64,000 nucleotides of DNA from positions 99,138,001 to 99,202,000 of the forward strand of contig OX597823.1 in assembly GCA_951406725.2 (NCBI GenBank). Direction: 5' to 3'. Source of the DNA: Octopus vulgaris. Its lineage: Eukaryota. The position numbers and the translations under genes were made by a program. The notes under the pieces are model-generated. The model worked only from the letters and a program-made list of their open reading frames with translations. It did not search any database and was not told the DNA's origin. This document shows, in pieces, positions 61,947 through 64,000 of the stretch (its first letter is position 1; each line of letters starts with the position of its first letter).

Positions 61947-63141
61947 CAAAGGAAAATTAACTGAGAAGATTGCTTTCATGTGCAGCAGATGCACAGGGGC
62001 AATAGACATCACAAATACTCAGAAAACAGATTCCATTACACTCCAGGGGAAGAAACTAGAAGTAGTTGATAGTTTCCGCTACCTAGGTGACCAAGTTAGT
62101 AGTGGGGGTGGATGCTCAGAGAGTGTCACCACTAGAATACAAATAGCCTGGGCAAAGTTTAGAAAGCCTCTACCCCTACTGGTGACAAAGGGTCTCTCGC
62201 TCAGAGTGAAAGGTAGATTGTATGATGCATGTGTACGAACTGCCATGCTTCACGGTAGTGAAACATGGGCTGTGACTACAGAGAACATGCGTAGGCTTGA
62301 AAGAAATGAAGGTAGCATGATCCGCTGGATGTGTAATGTCAGTGTGCACACACGACAGAGTGTAAGCGCCCTGAGAGAAATGCTGGACATAAGAAGCATG
62401 CAAGAGAGATGTTTGCACTGGTATTGTCATGGATGAGGAGAGATGTGTGAAGAAGGAATCCGGGGTAGAGGTAGACCCAGAAAGACATGGGATGAGGTGG
62501 TCAAGCATGACCTTCGAATGTTGGGCCTCACAGAGACAATGACGAAAGACTGAGATCTCTGGAGATATGCTGTGACTGCAAAGACCCGACAAATAACATC
62601 AGTTTATGGCTGTTTCCTGCACCAACAAATAACGTGAGTTCATGGCTGTTTCCTGCACCAGCTTCATATAGAAGCCCCAGCCCATCAAAAGTAACTTGGA
62701 TCACAGGATGGCCTGCTGTGCTTACCTTGGATTGTAGGGCGACCTGCTGTGCTTGAGGAGATCTATTGAGTCAAGTACATCAACATCAAGATAAAAATTA
62801 AATGGAAATTGTAGTTGTGATACCTGTGCCAGTGGCACGTAAAAAGCACCATCTGAACATGGCCGATGCCAGCGCTGCCTTGACTAGCTTCCATGCCAGT
62901 AGCACATAAAAAGCACCAACTGATAGTGGCCGTTGCCAGCCTCCCCTGGCACCTGTGCTGGTGGCACGTAAAAAGCACCAACTACACTCACGGAGTGGTT
63001 GGCGTTAGGAAGGGCATCCAGCTATAGAAATACTGCCAGATCAGACTGGAGCCTGGTCTAGCCTCCTGACTTCTCAGACCCCGGTCAAACCATCCAACCC
63101 ATGCTAGCATGGAAAACAGACGTTAAACGATGATGATGATG
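61947..63141 (+). mobile_element. 5'-truncated RTE-clade LINE
   Basis: ORF 61867..62436 VDSFRYLGD..IAWAKFR..LHGSETW; GRGRPRKTW; 3' UTR and (GAT)n tail as in 46439-47970. Confidence 0.9.
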
Positions 63142-63162
63142 TAAATGCATACAACGGAATCA

Positions 63163-63196
<34 letters not shown>

Positions 63197-64000
63197 GGTA
63201 TATTATATTATTCTTATCAGATAAAGTATAAACAGAGGAAAGAGAAAATTATTAAAAGAGAAATAATAGTGGGATTTAAATAATCAATCTGTAGGAATGA
63301 AAAGGTCTATAAATGAGGAACACACACACACTTATATATATATATGATGTTCAGATGTTCAGAATACTGGATGGTTGTAAAAATATATATTTATTTACAT
63401 ATCACATATTATTACTTCATATTAGCGCTTTCAACTACTCCTGTAGTTTCATCAGAAATGTCAGTTTAAAAATTTTTGCCTGTATTTATATTATTGGTAA
63501 ATGAAGTGGGGAGAGAGAGTGTGTGTGTGTATATATATAATGGGGAAGGTGAAAGAGAGAATATGGGTGTGTGTGTTTTAAAACTGTATTTTTCTCTTTT
63601 TTCTTTTTTGGGTCTTTTTGTATTTTTTGGATGACACTTGTAAGAAATGGAAAGAGAGAAGGAAAAAGAGGGTTTGTTTTTCAATAGTAGGCATTGCTAT
63701 GTATACCCACACATATATCCCTACATATAAACATATATATATCCACATACACTCACATATACATATAGAGGAACCTATTGTGTGTGTACATTTTCATAAA
63801 CATTCATACATACATGTACTGTGTGATCTTGAAAATGAGAAAGAAAGAAAGGGAAAAAAATAAAAAATTAAAATATAAAGAAAATGTTGTGTCCATTCTT
63901 CACATATGTGTGTCTGTATGTGTGTGTGTATGTATGTACACATATTGATATGTGTTTAGGTGTATATATATGTATATCAAACTTTGAATGGTCAACCACC

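Overview
AT-rich, repeat-dense, intron-containing animal DNA. The SINE/LINE repertoire suggests an octopus-like cephalopod (inference, not verified). Three host genes are supported. (1) The 5' half of DEAD-box helicase DDX18/HAS1 on the minus strand: one non-coding and six coding exons from ~18968 to 2634, continuing off the left edge. (2) Head-to-head with it, a 7-exon CCDC89-like coiled-coil gene on the plus strand (19102..45786, 338 aa as spliced). (3) A single-coding-exon B4GAT1 on the minus strand (55753..54509), whose 3' end is duplicated almost exactly 1710 bp away inside an insertion bounded by 18-bp direct repeats. Introns hold RTE and CR1-like LINE fragments, tRNA-derived SINEs, mariner/Tc1/pogo/piggyBac/hAT transposon relics, non-autonomous Helitrons and a Gypsy gag relic. 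The most unusual signals are several unrelated non-coding repeat families carrying type I hammerhead-ribozyme motifs, mostly as inverted pairs (Penelope-pLTR/retrozyme-like; one has a tRNA-like Pol III head), and a kilobase-scale diverged palindrome centred at ~37180 in a CCDC89 intron. All coordinates were read by eye; repeat boundaries are approximate.
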